A stretch of DNA of 64,000 nucleotides from the human T2T-CHM13v2.0 reference genome, Homo sapiens. The notes under the pieces were generated by a model that worked only from the letters and a program-made list of their open reading frames with translations, searched no databases and had not been told where the DNA came from. Positions 13,176 through 26,598 of the stretch are shown here, piece after piece. The first letter of the stretch is position 1. Each line of letters starts with the position of its first letter. The DNA lies in assembly GCF_009914755.1 (NCBI RefSeq), contig NC_060930.1; one strand, 5' to 3'. Made by a program: the position numbers and the translations under genes.

Positions 13176-13648
13176 TGTGGCACCTTGTTTCCAAAGATGG
13201 TTACTATCCATAACTTCCCCTCCCATGAGGGGTGGAATATGTTTCTCCACCCCCTTGAACCAGGACTGACTTTTGCCTGTTTTGATCAAGAGAATACAGC
13301 AGAAGTAAAGCTGCTCCAGTTCCAGACCTCCTGTTAAGAGGACTAGCAGTTTCTGCCTCCTATCTCGGAGCTCTGAGCTGTCATGTAAAAATTCCAGGCT
13401 GGAGAGAGAGGCTACGTGGAAGTGTAGGTGTGTGAGTGAAGAAGTTATCTTGGATGACCATCCCAATTGAGGCTTCTGATGACTTCAGTCCCAGCCTCTA
13501 TAGGATAAAACTGCTTGAGAGACCCCCCAAAGAGAACACCCAGGTTAACCTAATCAACCTGTAGAATCCTGAGAGATAATAACAAATTGTGCTTGTAAAC
13601 CATTAAATTTTGGGGTAATTTGTTACGTAGCCATAGGTAACCGAAACA
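13176..13648 (+). mobile_element. MaLR solo LTR, MLT1G/H-like
   Basis: Starts tgtggc...ccaaagatgg and ends 'ttttggggtaatttgttacgtagccataggtaaccgaaaca'. Confidence 0.75.
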
Positions 13649-14243
13649 GTGTATTTTATCAAATTCAAGTTTAAATTGAAATTAGAAATCACAGTGTTCC
13701 TGGCTTATTATTATCTGATTAAATCTGTTAAGATCCTGTGACTATCACTGGCAGAATAAACCTTTTCTGGATGACCAAGGAAAAGATAGTCTTAGAATCT
13801 GTCTAGGACATAAAAGGGGAGATGTGCATCCTTTGAACATAAAAGAAAATGTAGTGAAAAGTTGCAATGTCACCATTACTAATACCATTCAAAAAGCTAA
13901 TAGTGTTATTTAGTGCTGACTTACATTCATGACTATTTTACTACCTGTCACTACATTTATTCATAAAACTATATTTTATTTATAATTTTAGTTATAATCA
14001 TTTATTAATTTGCCCTAACTTATTATTCAGCATTATCCAGTAGCTGATATACTTGACTTCAGAAATGTGTGACATTAGCCCAAATATGCATTTCCTGTCA
14101 GTGACCAAATTTGGCCTCATTTTATATTTGTACATGCTGCTAATTGCTCTTTAACTATTGAATCTTACTCATTAAAGGTTATTTTATGTTTCAAAAAAGC
14201 TCTATAAAGCTTTTCTAAAAATAAAGGTACTAATTGAGTGTTT

Positions 14244-14312
14244 TTAGATTGAACCCTATGAAATTCCCAATATTTGACCATTTTTGTCCTACAAAAATTG
14301 GTATTTCATAAT
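14244..14312. mobile_element. MADE2 (Mariner-derived MITE), partial
   Basis: 'tagattgaaccctatgaaattcccaatatttgaccatttttgtcctacaaaaattggtatttcata' matches the roughly 80-bp MADE2 layout. Confidence 0.7.
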
Positions 14313-14344
14313 ACCATGTTGCAACTACCTTTTTATTGAAGCTT

Positions 14345-14520
14345 TATAATAACCTTGTAAGCCAAGGCAGTAGAAGATGGTGTATACACATTTTTACTGA
14401 GAAGGAGAGTAGGCTAGATGTTAAGTGACTTAGACTTTGTCTCACAGCTAGAAAGTAGGAGTTGGAATTTGGATTTATGACTGCTAACACTGAGTCTACT
14501 AATTCACACTTTTTCTTCTA
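14345..14520 (-). mobile_element. MIR SINE
   Basis: 'catttttactgagaaggagagtaggctagatgttaagtgactt...tcacagctagaaagtagg'. Confidence 0.55.
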
Positions 14521-15699
14521 CAGTAATTATTAATAAACATCACTTATTCTCTGATTATAATACAAGCTTATCTTCAGGTGGCTGACTACATTTAATATTT
14601 CAAGGTCAATATGGTAAATTAATCTGTTATCGCTGAAAGTGGGTCAGATATAGAGAAGAAAACAATATAATGATGTGGAAATAAATAGCAGGAGCTGGTT
14701 TTTCAGTGATTCAACATGTCCTATAATGTTTTTCTACCCACATACCTCTATAAGTATGATTCCTTGTTAGATCTAAGTGTTTTCAATAAGACAAAGTATG
14801 CACAAACTTTCAAGAAAGGAGAAATGAGGAAAAAGATAGACAAAATTGGTTAGAAGAGCTCAACAGAATTTGTCAATTCTAAATTAAATTGAGAAGAGAA
14901 AAACCTAACACAAATTTAGAAGGCAAGGTCTATAATATACAGGGAGGATATTTTTAATTTAACCTTCATATAGTGATTATTGTCACATGGCCTTTCCACC
15001 TGTAGCTCTGATCCTAATTGGCAAGGTATGCCAACCATGCCAAAAGGAGTTAAAGAAAACCACCAGTTCAGTTCAAAAGTCAAGACATGGTCTCTAGCTG
15101 TCACTGGAAGATTCCCTATAGGAACTGCTGTTATAGGAAGCTTCTGCAAGAGCTGTAATGTGACTATACATTATCATTTTATTTTAAATAATGTTGAAAG
15201 CCTGTGTCAAATGGCAAAAGGTGAAGAGAAATACTTGTCATTGGAGAAATAATAGTAATAATTGTTAAAATTAATAGTGCCTTCTTAATTTAGGAGATTT
15301 ATTCTTTTAGCATGTTATAGCTCTCAAATGTAGCAGCCTAATTCAGGAACTATCCAGTCGATGCTGGTGTGGGTTTATCATATTACTTACTAAATACTTA
15401 TATGTGTCCCTATTTGTCAATGGCTGATTTATTCGGCTCATTTGTGGCCATTCTGCTCCAATTACTGTCCCTGTTTAAGATTAGCCCACAGTGTCAAACC
15501 TGGTTCTTTCTCCTGAAGTCACATTTCCAAGTCACATTTACACAGCTCAAGCTTCCAGTTATTCTTCTTCCTAGAGTGGACTCATTTCCATTTGTCTCTG
15601 CAGTGAGTACTTCCAGAACTGGCAAGAATCAGAGAAAAATAATCGACTTTTGATATATCACTTGCTCAGAGTTATTTAACCATAAAAACTCTTGTGATA

Positions 15700-15955
15700 A
15701 TAAAACCCTTACCTCTGTTTTGACCCATTCACCCCCATCTCCATTCTCTGCTTTATTTTTCTCCATAGTACTAATCATTTCTTAATCTCCAGTCTAATTT
15801 ACTCATTTTTGCCAGTTGTTGTTTTTTTTTTAATTTTCCAGAATTCTCTAGAATGATAGTTAAATGAGGGTAGATACCTTTATTTATTCACTACTTTATT
15901 GTCGGTGTCTGACACATAGAATGTGCATAATAAATGTTTTTTAAATCAATAATGA
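15700..15955 (+). mobile_element. L2 3' end
   Basis: 'ctgctttatttttctccatagtact...gtgtctgacacatagaatgtgcataataaatgttt'. Confidence 0.55.
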
Positions 15956-18809
15956 GCTAACATGGAGATCTGCTTCTTCATCTGTATATTTTTGATAATG
16001 AAAGTATAGACATCTCTTATTAGCCAAAACTTTTTCATTCCTAAAAAGAGTGATAGCAAATTTCCAGATAGCAGGAGCCTATATTTCATTATTTTTAATG
16101 GAAAAAAACATAATAAGTTCTAAGCACATCCCAAAATGCCAACCAAGTGTTATTAAAACATTTAAAAATATCAAAGTCATAATCCACAAATGATTTCTGG
16201 ATAGCATAAAACAGTCAGAATATAGCATACCTAATTATTTAACAAGTAATAAAGTGAAGTTACTTTACTGGTATGTTTGTGTGCAGTATACAATATTATT
16301 GTGAGTTCCTTTCACACTGCAAAGGGCAAGTACTCCAATGCAAATAAAAAATAAAATAATATGATAAATATAGAAAAGTGTCTAACTAAATTGAAACTTG
16401 TTAATAGTGCCCTCAGGCATCTGACATAGCAAACAGGAATCTGTTATAGTATAAACTTCAAAGTAAAGTGTGGAGAACATAATAGTAATAATATGTAAAA
16501 AGTTTAAACAACTTTAATATACATCATAATCTTATCAGGAGAACAGCAGAGATAAAACCGCAATATGATCGATGTTTTCTTACAAGGAGGAATGCCCAAT
16601 TTAGATGTCTTTGCCAATATGCACATGCAATTTTGCTTAGGGACCTTTGGACTTTGATAGTGAAGTTTTGGTCAAAAAAATTTTCAAGTCATTTTAGTGA
16701 ATGAATAGTGAAATTTTTGAATAGCAAGAGCTAATTGTATATTATCTCAAAGGGTTTTTGAGCATTAAATGGGATATTCTCTGTAAAGGACTTGACCCTA
16801 TTACTCATTGTATAGTAATGAATGTTATGTCTGAAAGTAGTAAAAAAATAGATATGATTGTTGTCACTAAATTCACTATCAATTAATGATATGCCTATTT
16901 TTGCTTGTGAACATTCTCTGTCCCCTACTCATCAGTGACTTTTTCTAACTCAGTAATCTTACAATTTGCCAATTTTGGGAAAATGAAATAAAAGAGAGGC
17001 CCTAAAACAATCACATAGAAATGTCATTCTAATCAGCTGTGAGCAAGTAATCGGCTATCCTGTAGCTGCAATGATAACTGTTATTCTTTCCAGCTGCTCT
17101 TAATAGGACTCTTATATCGATTTGTCTGGTGTCCAAAATAATTTTCCAAAAGTGTTACCCTAAGGCCTGGGAACCAGTTAGGTTGTTAGCATCTAGTTTT
17201 AACATTTTGGGAAGGACTGATATTCTGCTTTGCCTACCTTAAGTCCATCCACATTATTTGAGATTCCTGGTCTCAAATAGGTTTATGTATCCAATATTGC
17301 ACTTATGAAATTATATATTTATTTTGAAATTAAATAAATACTGTGTATGAAATATGGCTGGAAAGCTGATGCTGGTTTTATGGATTCTGTTAGTGCCACT
17401 GTGGAACTACCTTGCATAGCTAGCTTGGTTGATAATGACCAACAACAACAACAAAAAGGTAGAGTAAAATATGAGTCTCCCATGCTACCTGATAGTAAAA
17501 TTTTATTTTTCTTTTAGAAAACATTATCTACAAGTAAACTAGAAAAATAAGTTTCTGGTTAAATAGCTAAATGGTTTACTTCCCTTTGCATGGAAAATGT
17601 CTGTAGTAGTCTACATAATTTAGTAAAGGGGTACCTTATTAAGCTAAAAAGTTAACTGAAAGAGATACCTGTTAGTCTCATCCTCTACATTACCAATGAC
17701 TTAAAAAAATACTATTCACCCACAACAGTATCACTAATTAAAACCAGAATTTGTATTCATATTACCATTTTAGCTTCATATGCACAGCTTTAATTTAGTT
17801 TCTGTTTCTTTTTAAAATTCTCCTGTGCAATTTGGAGTTCAAGAATATATATTTTGAGTTTACAGGTTAAATAAACAGCATTTGCTCTAGTTCTGGTAAA
17901 CAAGCTTGAATGCAATTTGGAAGAGAAGTAGATGCTAACCAATAAAGAGCTAACATGCAAACATACTGAGTAGATTAGGGAAATACAAGTTTCTCCTATG
18001 AAAAAACTAATTGCTTTTTATTGACAGTGGATTAATTAATATGCATATGACTTAACTATATCTTATTCACTCATTTAACAAATATTCATTTAATACTTTT
18101 ACAGTTTCAAACACTTTACTAGCACAAATTAATTTGCATAATAACAAGAAGAAATACACAAAAAATTATAAGGAAAAATCAAAGACTAAGATTAATATAC
18201 GCTACTATTCAATGGACTTATGGACTAGAAACTGGGAAATTCTCCATGATTCCAAAGACAGGTGGAAGACCACAGAAGTCTTTTTTCATGTAAGCAATAT
18301 ATCTTCAGTCTTATTTAACAGAGACAGTAAAAATCACGGAGAATACATAGAAAAAGTCTAAGAATTAAAGAGGAAAATGAAAAAAAGAGTGAAAATCAGT
18401 AAAAAAGAAATAAAGGATGCAAAAGAGATGTACAACAAAGCAAACAAAGTTGATGTTTCATAAAAACACTAATAGAAAAGACAAACCTGTGTTGTGATTG
18501 ATTAAAACAGGAATTAAAGAAGATACAGATAAGTATTGTGAATAAAAGGAAGGCATACACACAATAGCGATTACAATGATAAGACAAACACTATAAAAAT
18601 ATAGCAATAATTTTGAAAATTTTAAAAATATATTAATGTCTAGAAAACTGCAATTATGAGAATTGACTCATGATGAAATAAAAACATCAATAGTTCTATG
18701 TCTGTCAAAGCAATGGAAGCACTTGTTAAAAATATTATTCCTCAAATAAAATACCAGGCCATGATGATTTTACAAGCTATATCAAATAAGAAAGAAACCA
18801 TACCAATTT

Positions 18810-19627
18810 TCTTTCTTTTTTTTTGTGGTAAGAATGTTTAACATGAGATCTTGTATTATTTTCCTGATTTTGTTTAGTTCTCTCTCTGTATTCTTTGTAA
18901 CTCACTAAGCTTCTTTAAGGTGATTATTTTGAGTTATTTGTCAGACAATTCATAAATTGGCATTTCTTTAGGGTCAGTTATTAAATATTTAGTTTTATTA
19001 TTTGTTCTTTTAATTCTGTTGTTTTCCTGATTCTTCACGTTTATTGTAGTTTGCATTGGTGTCTGGTCATGTAAAGAAACAGCCACCTCTCCCAATCTTT
19101 ACAGATTGACTTTGGCAAGAAAATATTTTCCTCAGTCTGCCCATCTAGAGATTCTGGGATCCTCTCAAACCTTCTCTATGGATGTATTATCTCTGGAGTT
19201 ATATGTACCACGAGCCAAGACATTGGAGGCATGTTCCACTCCTCTCCCTTCCTTTCTTGTGGAGAAGGCTTGTGTTCTGTGCCTCTCCCAATCTTTCTGA
19301 GCCATGCTAGGCATATCAGGTACTCTGCCCCTTTTTCTTTGCTATTAGCTGCCACTACCGCCCCCACCCCCAAACCCCTGCCAAACTGTGAAAGTTCCAC
19401 CAGTGCTCCAGGTAAAATGAAACAGAAACTAGCCCTCAGGAGCACACTGAAAGCAGGGACATTAGAAGAACCCTCCACTTCTCTTGCTCCTAAGAGAGCA
19501 GCTTCCATTTCTGCACCTCCTTTTAATCTTGCAGAGCTTTGACAGCCACAGGAAGCTTCCCATCATTTTTCTTTATTCTTAACTGCTCCCAGGCATCTGA
19601 ACTATACTTGTTCAATCAGCACTTCAT
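18810..19627 (-). mobile_element. Old L1M (L1MB-like) insertion: 5'UTR/ORF1 start fused to the extreme 3' end
   Basis: T-rich tail plus 'gtggtaagaatgtttaacatgagatc' (L1MB-type terminus), then directly ORF1-start/5'UTR-like sequence. Flanked by ccaatttt on both sides (possible TSD). Confidence 0.55.
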
Positions 19628-20303
19628 CCCAATTTTTTATCAAATTTTCTAAACAACAGAAAAACAGAAAAGTTATTTGCCCCATTCTCCAATTCATTTA
19701 CCAAAATCAAAATTATTAGGAGAAAAAAATTACATATACATTTTAATCATACATATATAACAAAATCCACAAAGAAAATATTAACATTATTCAATGTGTA
19801 TGAAAAAAAGATACACTCCAATTATGTTAGGTATATTTTACGTGTAAAGGAACAGTTTTGTTTTACAAAATACATAAATGTAATTCATGTTAACATATAA
19901 AAAAGAAAAATCATATGATCGACTCAGTTGATGCAGAAAAAACATTTGATTAAAAAATTAACCATAATTCACAAAAATCCTTATTAGAAAATTAGTGTTA
20001 GACGATAACTTTGTTTTCCTGAAAAATTGATTCTATTTTTTAAGTTACACTTTTTATACTAATTGGGAAAAAACAAAAGAGTTGGAAATATGGAAATACG
20101 CAAAAAAGTCACATAATCACCACTTCCATTCTATTTTATAGTGGAAGTTCTAGGAAAACATGACAAATTTTTACAATAGATGGTTGAGGAAGAATACTAT
20201 ATTGCTATACATGCCATATTCAGTTATATAGAATATCTTAAAAAACTAGAACAAATTATTAGACATGATAAGGATATTTATCCAAGTAACTATAAGATTC
20301 ATG

Positions 20304-20386
20304 TATTAGAGAAAATCATATTAAATTTGCTATTATGTGATCCTTTAGACATATAAAAATGGTATATGTTATGGTTCAACCTAATA
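20304..20386. mobile_element. MADE2 MITE inserted in the old L1M
   Basis: Ends 'atggttcaacctaata', starts 'tattag', and is about 80 bp long. Confidence 0.6.
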
Positions 20387-21514
20387 CAAAGCCTGTTGAA
20401 TTTCTAAATACCAAAAGCAAACAATAAGAAACATGTTTTGTCTGTGACATTATTTATAGTATTAATAAATAATATCAAGTATCTATAAGTAAAGCTGACC
20501 GAAAAGTATAAAATTCTGTTGTTTGATAGTAAGGATGCCTAAATAAGTAAGAATTTATGTCATGGTTATAAATAAGAAGGATTCATGCTATAAAGTTATC
20601 AATTTTCCCAATTGATCTATAGACTCAATAAAATCCCAATTAAAGGTTGTGAGAAAAATTAACGCAAATCTAATTACAGGGCCTTACAAGAAACTTTATT
20701 AGATGATTCTAAAATTTCTGTGGTAGAATAAGTAAACAGACTAGAAGAGCCAGGATATTTCTAAATAACTACAAGGAGCAAGAAATTATCCTACCAAGTT
20801 TCAGGATTTATAAAATTTTTGATTAAAATACTGTGGTACTAATCCATAAATTAAAAAAAATTTGTAACCAATGCAGTAGAATTAGGTAAGTGGAATACAC
20901 CTATGCCTTTATGAATATTGATATATGACAGAAGTAACATTCTAGATCATAGGTGAAAGTAGAACTGATCAATACATGGACTAGAAAATTGGCTGTCTAT
21001 ATTTTAAAAGGTTACATTGAACTCCTACCTCAAACCACACACAAAAGTAAATTCTAGATGGATTAAATACTTAAATTTCAAAAACAATGATTAAAAATAA
21101 AGGTAGATATTTTTAAAATCTTGGGGTAGGAAATATTTTCTTAAAATCCAAAAAAAACACATAAAGAAAATATTGATAAATATTACAACGTTAAAAGTAA
21201 GAATATTTGTTCGTCAGGACATAATTTTTATAAGTGACAAGATTATATAAATTAGAAGAGGATATTCTTGTTACATATGACCAGCAACATATTAGTATCA
21301 AGAATAGCAAAGAACTTCTACCAACCAATAAACAAAGCACAAACAACTCAATAAAAAAATAAGCAAAATATATGCAAAAACATTTTACTGAAGAGGAAAT
21401 ACATGCAGCCAATAAATATATGAAGAGGTGTTCAATATCCTTAGTGATCAAGGAAATGCAAAACAAGACAGTATCGATGTTAATTTTTACACTTATTTTA
21501 TTGGCAATGTTAAA

Positions 21515-21574
21515 GGCAATATCAAGAGATATTCTTGGCAATATCAAGAGATATTCTTGGCAATATCAAGAGAT
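21515..21574. repeat. 22-bp tandem repeat x2.7 (ggcaatatcaagagatattctt)
   Basis: Perfect tandem copies visible. Confidence 0.95.
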
Positions 21575-22049
21575 GTGTGTTCACCAGCTGTCTTATACCT
21601 TGTTGGTGGGAGGTTTAAATGGTGCAACAAATTTTGCAAATGGTTTGGTATTATCCTTTAAAGTTTAATAATCACAAACTGTATGACACAAAAGAATCTA
21701 TAGGCATGTATTCAATAGGAAATGTACAATAGGAAACTGTGCCAGAATGCTCATAGTCACACATTTCACAGGAGGAAGAATCTGGAAGTAGTCCAGAGGC
21801 CCAGCAAATGGAGACAGGATGGGTGAGCTATTCACCTAGTTTTCTGGTATCATGCCAGACAGGGTGTGAAATATTCAAAGGTTGACAGACAATGATCTTG
21901 CTCTCCAGGACTTGTAATTTTTACAGAAATATAAATATTAGTAGAAAAAGTCCAAAGTGATGAAATTCAAATTATCTAATTTTGATGTTCTGATTTTCAT
22001 AAGCCATATTATTTTATATTAAGTAAAATCATATTGAAACTTACGGCCT

Positions 22050-22145
22050 TAGTGTCATCACCTAGAATACCTAGAATGTATCACCTGGAATAGTGCCCTG
22101 GCACATAGTAGGTGTCCAGTAAACATTTGTTAGATGAATAAATAT
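22050..22145 (+). mobile_element. L2 3' tail
   Basis: 'cctggaatagtgccctggcacatagtaggtgtccagtaaacatttgttagatgaataa'. Confidence 0.65.
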
Positions 22146-22274
22146 TTATCAAATTACTAAAATTATGCATATTTAGAATACTAAATTTAAGTAGCATTTT
22201 AAAATATAAAGTATTAAAATACTGAAAAATGAAAATGTTTGCCCAAAACTCTCTTTGGAGATGGTATTGACATG

Positions 22275-25200
22275 GACAGTCAGGAAAAATGGCATATAGG
22301 AAGCAGGACTAACATGCAGCTCCCACTCAGACAGACGGAGCAGCATTAGAAGACTCACATCATAAACTTTTGCTGCAAGAACAACTGCAGGGACATACCA
22401 GGAAAGCTACGATAATCCACAGACCCTTAGAAGGAAGTGGCTTGCTGCAACAGGCTCTGTGAGATGGCTGAAAAACTGTGGGTACTCAAAGTGTGAGAGG
22501 GGGAATGTCCATCCCTGAACACACATCCTTACCGGGGAACCTGAAGGTCCAGATCACGAGGAAAGGATTTGACCTTACCTATATAAAATATAGGGGTAGA
22601 GGCAGCAGCATCAAGAGCCCTGTGGACATTCTTTGTTCCAGGAATCCATTCCTGACTTTTTCTTGCAGGGGTCCTTGGGGAGGAAACCGCGGCAGGTGGG
22701 GAGGCATAAACCTGAAAGCCCTCCTTGCATTGTCAGTGGGGAGGCTTATAGCCTGAGGAAAGGTGTCAGCTCTGCTCACCAGCTGCCTGGAAACAAACTC
22801 GGTGCTGTTGAGGGGAGACATAGTGGGAGTGAGACTGACCTTTTGGGCTGCCTGCGAGCTGGGTGAGACCTGTCATTGCTGGCTTTCCCTCACTTCCCTG
22901 GCAACTTGTATGATGCAGCAGAGGCAGTCATAATCCCCCCTGGGAACATACCTCCATCAGCCTGAGAACCACACCCAGTCCTCCACAGCAGCAGCAAACC
23001 CTGCCCAAGGGGAGTCTGAGCTCAGACACCCTGCCCCCACCTGATGGTCTTCCTTGCCTGCCCTGGTGGGCAAAGACAAATGACATGATCTCTTGGGAGC
23101 TCTATGGCCCCGCCCACTGCCTGAGCAACCTGAATACTTATTCAGGCCACCCTAGGACAAAATTGTATCCTACCTTATATGACCACAGCTGATACTCTCT
23201 TGAAAGCACCACCTCTGGGCTGTAGACCAAGCAACAGAAAGCCAATGCACTAAACAAAAACACAACCAAGGACCCTCACAGAGTCAACTGCACTTCCCTG
23301 CTGCCTTCACTAGAGCAGGTGCTTGTATGCATGGCTGAGAGACCTGAAGAGAGATTGCATCACAGGACTCGTTGCAGGCACTCCTCAGTACTAGCCCAGA
23401 GCCTGGTAGCTCTGCTGGGTGGCTAGACCCAGAAGACAAGTAACAATCACTGCAGTTTGGCTCTCAGGAAACCTCATCCACAGGGGAAAGGGGAGAGCGC
23501 CACATCAGGGGAGCACTCTGTGGGACCAAAGAATCTGAGCAACCGTCCTTGAGCCCCAGATGTTTCCTCTGACATAGTCTACCCAAATGAGAAGGAACCA
23601 GAAAACCAGTTCTGGTAATATGACAAAACAAGTTTCCTTAACACCCCCAAAACATCACACTAGCTCACAAGCAATGGATCCAAACCAAGAAGAAATCTCT
23701 GAATTGCCAGAAAAAGAATTTGGAAAGTCAATCATTAAGCTACTCAAGGAGGCACCAGAGAAAGGTGAATACCAACTTAAATAAATGAAAACAAGTGATA
23801 TAGAATATAGATGGAAAAAATTCCAGACAAATAGATAGCATAAATAGAAAACAATCACAGCTTCTGGAAATGAAGGACCCACTTAGATAAATGCAAAATA
23901 TACTGGAAAGTTTGAGCAATAGAATCCAACAAGTAGAAGAAAGGACTTTGGAGCTTGAAGACAAGGCTTTAGAATTAACCCAACTTGAAAAAGACAAAGA
24001 AAAAGTAATTTTAAAAAATGAACAAAGCCTCTGAGAAGTTTGGGATTATGTTAAACAACGAAACGTAAGAAATGGTCTTCCCAAGGAAGAAAAGAAATCT
24101 AAAAGTTTGAAAAACATATTTGAGGGAATAATTGAGGAAAACTCCCCTGGCCTTGCTAGAGATCTAGACATCCAAATACAAGAAGCACAAAGAACACCTA
24201 GGAAACACATTGTAAAAACATCATCACCTAGACTCAAAGTAATCAGGTTAGATTACTGCCTGTGAGCTGGGTGAGACCTGTCATTGCTGGCTTTGAATCT
24301 TAAGAACTGTGAGGCAAAAGCATCAGGTAACCTATAAAGGAAAACCTATCAGATTAAAAGCAGATTTCTCAGTAGAAACCCTACAAGTTAGAAGAGATTG
24401 GGGTCCTATCTTTAGCCTCTTTTAACAAAGCAATTATCATCCAACGATTTTGTATCCAGTGAAACTAAGCTTCATAAATGAAGGAAAGATACAGTATGTT
24501 TCAGACAAATAAATGCTGAGAGAATTTGCCACTACCAAGCCAGCACTACAAGAACTGCTAAAGGGGCTCCACATCTTTAAACAAATTCTCAAAATACACC
24601 AAAAAGAACCACCTTAAAGCATAAATTTCATATCTATAAAACAAAAACACAATGAAAAACAAGGTATTCAGGCATCAACCAACACAATGAATAGAATAGT
24701 ACCTCACTTCTCAATACCGATATTGAATGTAAATGGCCTAAATCCTCCACTTAAAAGATATAGGATGGCAGAATGAATAAGAATTTATCAAGCAAGTATC
24801 TGCTGTCTTCAAGAGATTCACCTAAAACATAGTAACTCATATAAACTTAAAGAAGTGGAAAACAACATTCCATGCAAATGGACACCAAAAGCAAGTAGGA
24901 GTAGCTATTCTTATATCAGAAAAAACAGACATTAAAGCAACAACAGTTAGAAAGACAAAGAGGGACATTAAATAATAATGAAAGGACTAGCCCAATAGGA
25001 AAATATTACAATCCTAAATATATATGCACCTAACACTGGAGCTCCCAAATTTATAAAACAATTGCGCCTAGCCCTAAGAAATGAGATAGACAGCAATACA
25101 ATAGTAGTAGAGGACTTCAATACTCCACTGAAAGCACTAGACAGGTCATGAAGACAGAAAGTCAACAAAGAGACAATGGCCCAAATACCCTAGAACAAAT

Positions 25201-25916
25201 GGACTTAGCAGATATTTGCAGATACATTCTATCCAACTGCAGAATATACATTCTATTCATCAGCACATGGAACATTCTCCAAGATAGACCATATGATGGG
25301 CCACAAAACAAGCCTCCAAACATTTAAGAAAATTGAAATTATATCAGGTATTCTCTCAGATCACAGTGGGATAAAAATGGAAATCAACTCCAATAGGAAT
25401 ATTCAAAATCATGCAAATACGTGGAAATTAAAAAATCTGCTCCTGAATGATCGTTGGGTCAACAATGAAATCAGACGGAAATTAAAGAATTATTTGAACT
25501 GAATGATTATAGTGACAGAATCTATCAAAACCTTTGGGATACAGCAAAAGCAGTGCTAAAAGGTAAGTTCATAGCATTGAATGCCTGCATCAAAAAGTCT
25601 AAAAGAGCTCAAATAGACAACCTAAAGTCATATCTCAAGGAACAAGAGAAACAAGAATAAACTGCTTTTACACTGCTGGTGGGAATGTAAACTAGTGCAA
25701 CCACTGTGGAAAACAGTGTGGAGATTTCTTAAAGAACAAAAAGTAGATCTACCGTTTGATCTAGCAATCCTACTCCTGGGTATCTACCCAGAAGAAAAGA
25801 AGTCATTATACAAAAAAGATACTTGCACATGCATGTTTATAGCAGCACAATTTGCAATTGCAAAAACGTGGAACCATCCTAAATGCCCATCAATCAACAA
25901 GTGGATAAAGAAAATG

Positions 25917-25952
<36 letters not shown>

Positions 25953-26348
25953 CAACCATGGAATAATACTCAGCCATAAAAAGGAACAAAATAATGGCAC
26001 TCACAACAATCTGGATGAATTTGGAGACTATGATTCTAAGAGAAATAACTCTGGAATTGAAAACCAAACATTGTATGTTCTCACTCTATGTCAGAGCTAA
26101 GCTATGAGGATGCAAAGGCATAAGAATGATACATTGGAATTAGGGGACCTGAGGGTAAGGGTGGTGAGTGGCGTGGGATAAAAGACTACACATTAGTATA
26201 GCATACACTGTGTGAGTGATGAGTGACCTAAAATCTCAGAAATCACCACTAAGGAACTTATCCATGTAACCAAACACCACCTTTTCCCCAAAAACCTACT
26301 GAAACACAGAAATTAAAATTTAAAAATAATTGTTTTTATTAAAAAAAC
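22275..26348 (+). mobile_element. L1PB (L1PB1/L1PBa-like) with 5'UTR, ORF1, ORF2 endonuclease part, a large internal ORF2 deletion and the 3' end
   Basis: L1PBa-type 5'UTR, ORF1 start MRRNQKTSSGNMTKQ (23587), EN motifs (GDFNTPL-like at ~25110, SDHSGIK), a jump at ~25661 to the ORF2 C-terminus, and the L1PB1-type end 'catgtaaccaaacaccaccttttccccaaaaacctactgaaa'. Confidence 0.9.
25919..25950. repeat. (CA)n microsatellite within L1PB
   Basis: Directly visible. Confidence 0.95.
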
Positions 26349-26598
26349 ATAGTCAAAACTATAGAAATTAGTTTTCTATTAGTGATTGTTAATATAGTAA
26401 ATAGCACTCATGAATCACTATAAATAACTAATAGTTTTTTACTGTTAGTAATCCACAAGGTAGATATTTCATTGGTATAAATTAGTAAGTAATATGTAAT
26501 GGCCCACTAATTGTATTATTGCAGCTTGTTGGGTTTAATGATACTTTTACTAGTACAAATACTAACTCTATTAAAATTTAGTGATGTATTTCTACGTG

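Larger units (their letters stand above)
18300..21830 (+). mobile_element. Ancient L1M (L1MC/ME-type) ORF2 and 3' region, interrupted at 18810-19627 and 20304-20386
   Basis: Degenerate ORF2 motifs: 'ataccaggccatgatgattttaca', 'cagttgatgcagaaaaaacatttga', 'ttgatctatagactcaataaaatccca', and HFTEEEIHAANKYMKRCSISLVIKEMQ (21372+). Confidence 0.75.

Noticed and set aside
14916-15252. Overlapping 77-aa and 90-aa ORFs, or a minus-strand terminal exon (ALAEASYNSSSYRESSSDS*)
   Set aside because: Non-ATG starts, weak splice signals and no recognisable protein.
19106-19542. Cluster of 64-110 aa ORFs
   Set aside because: They lie in the GC-richer 5'UTR of an old L1, where stop codons are rarer.
21515-21574. 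CRISPR-like repeat
   Set aside because: Head-to-tail copies with no spacers, no cas genes, and a primate L1 context.
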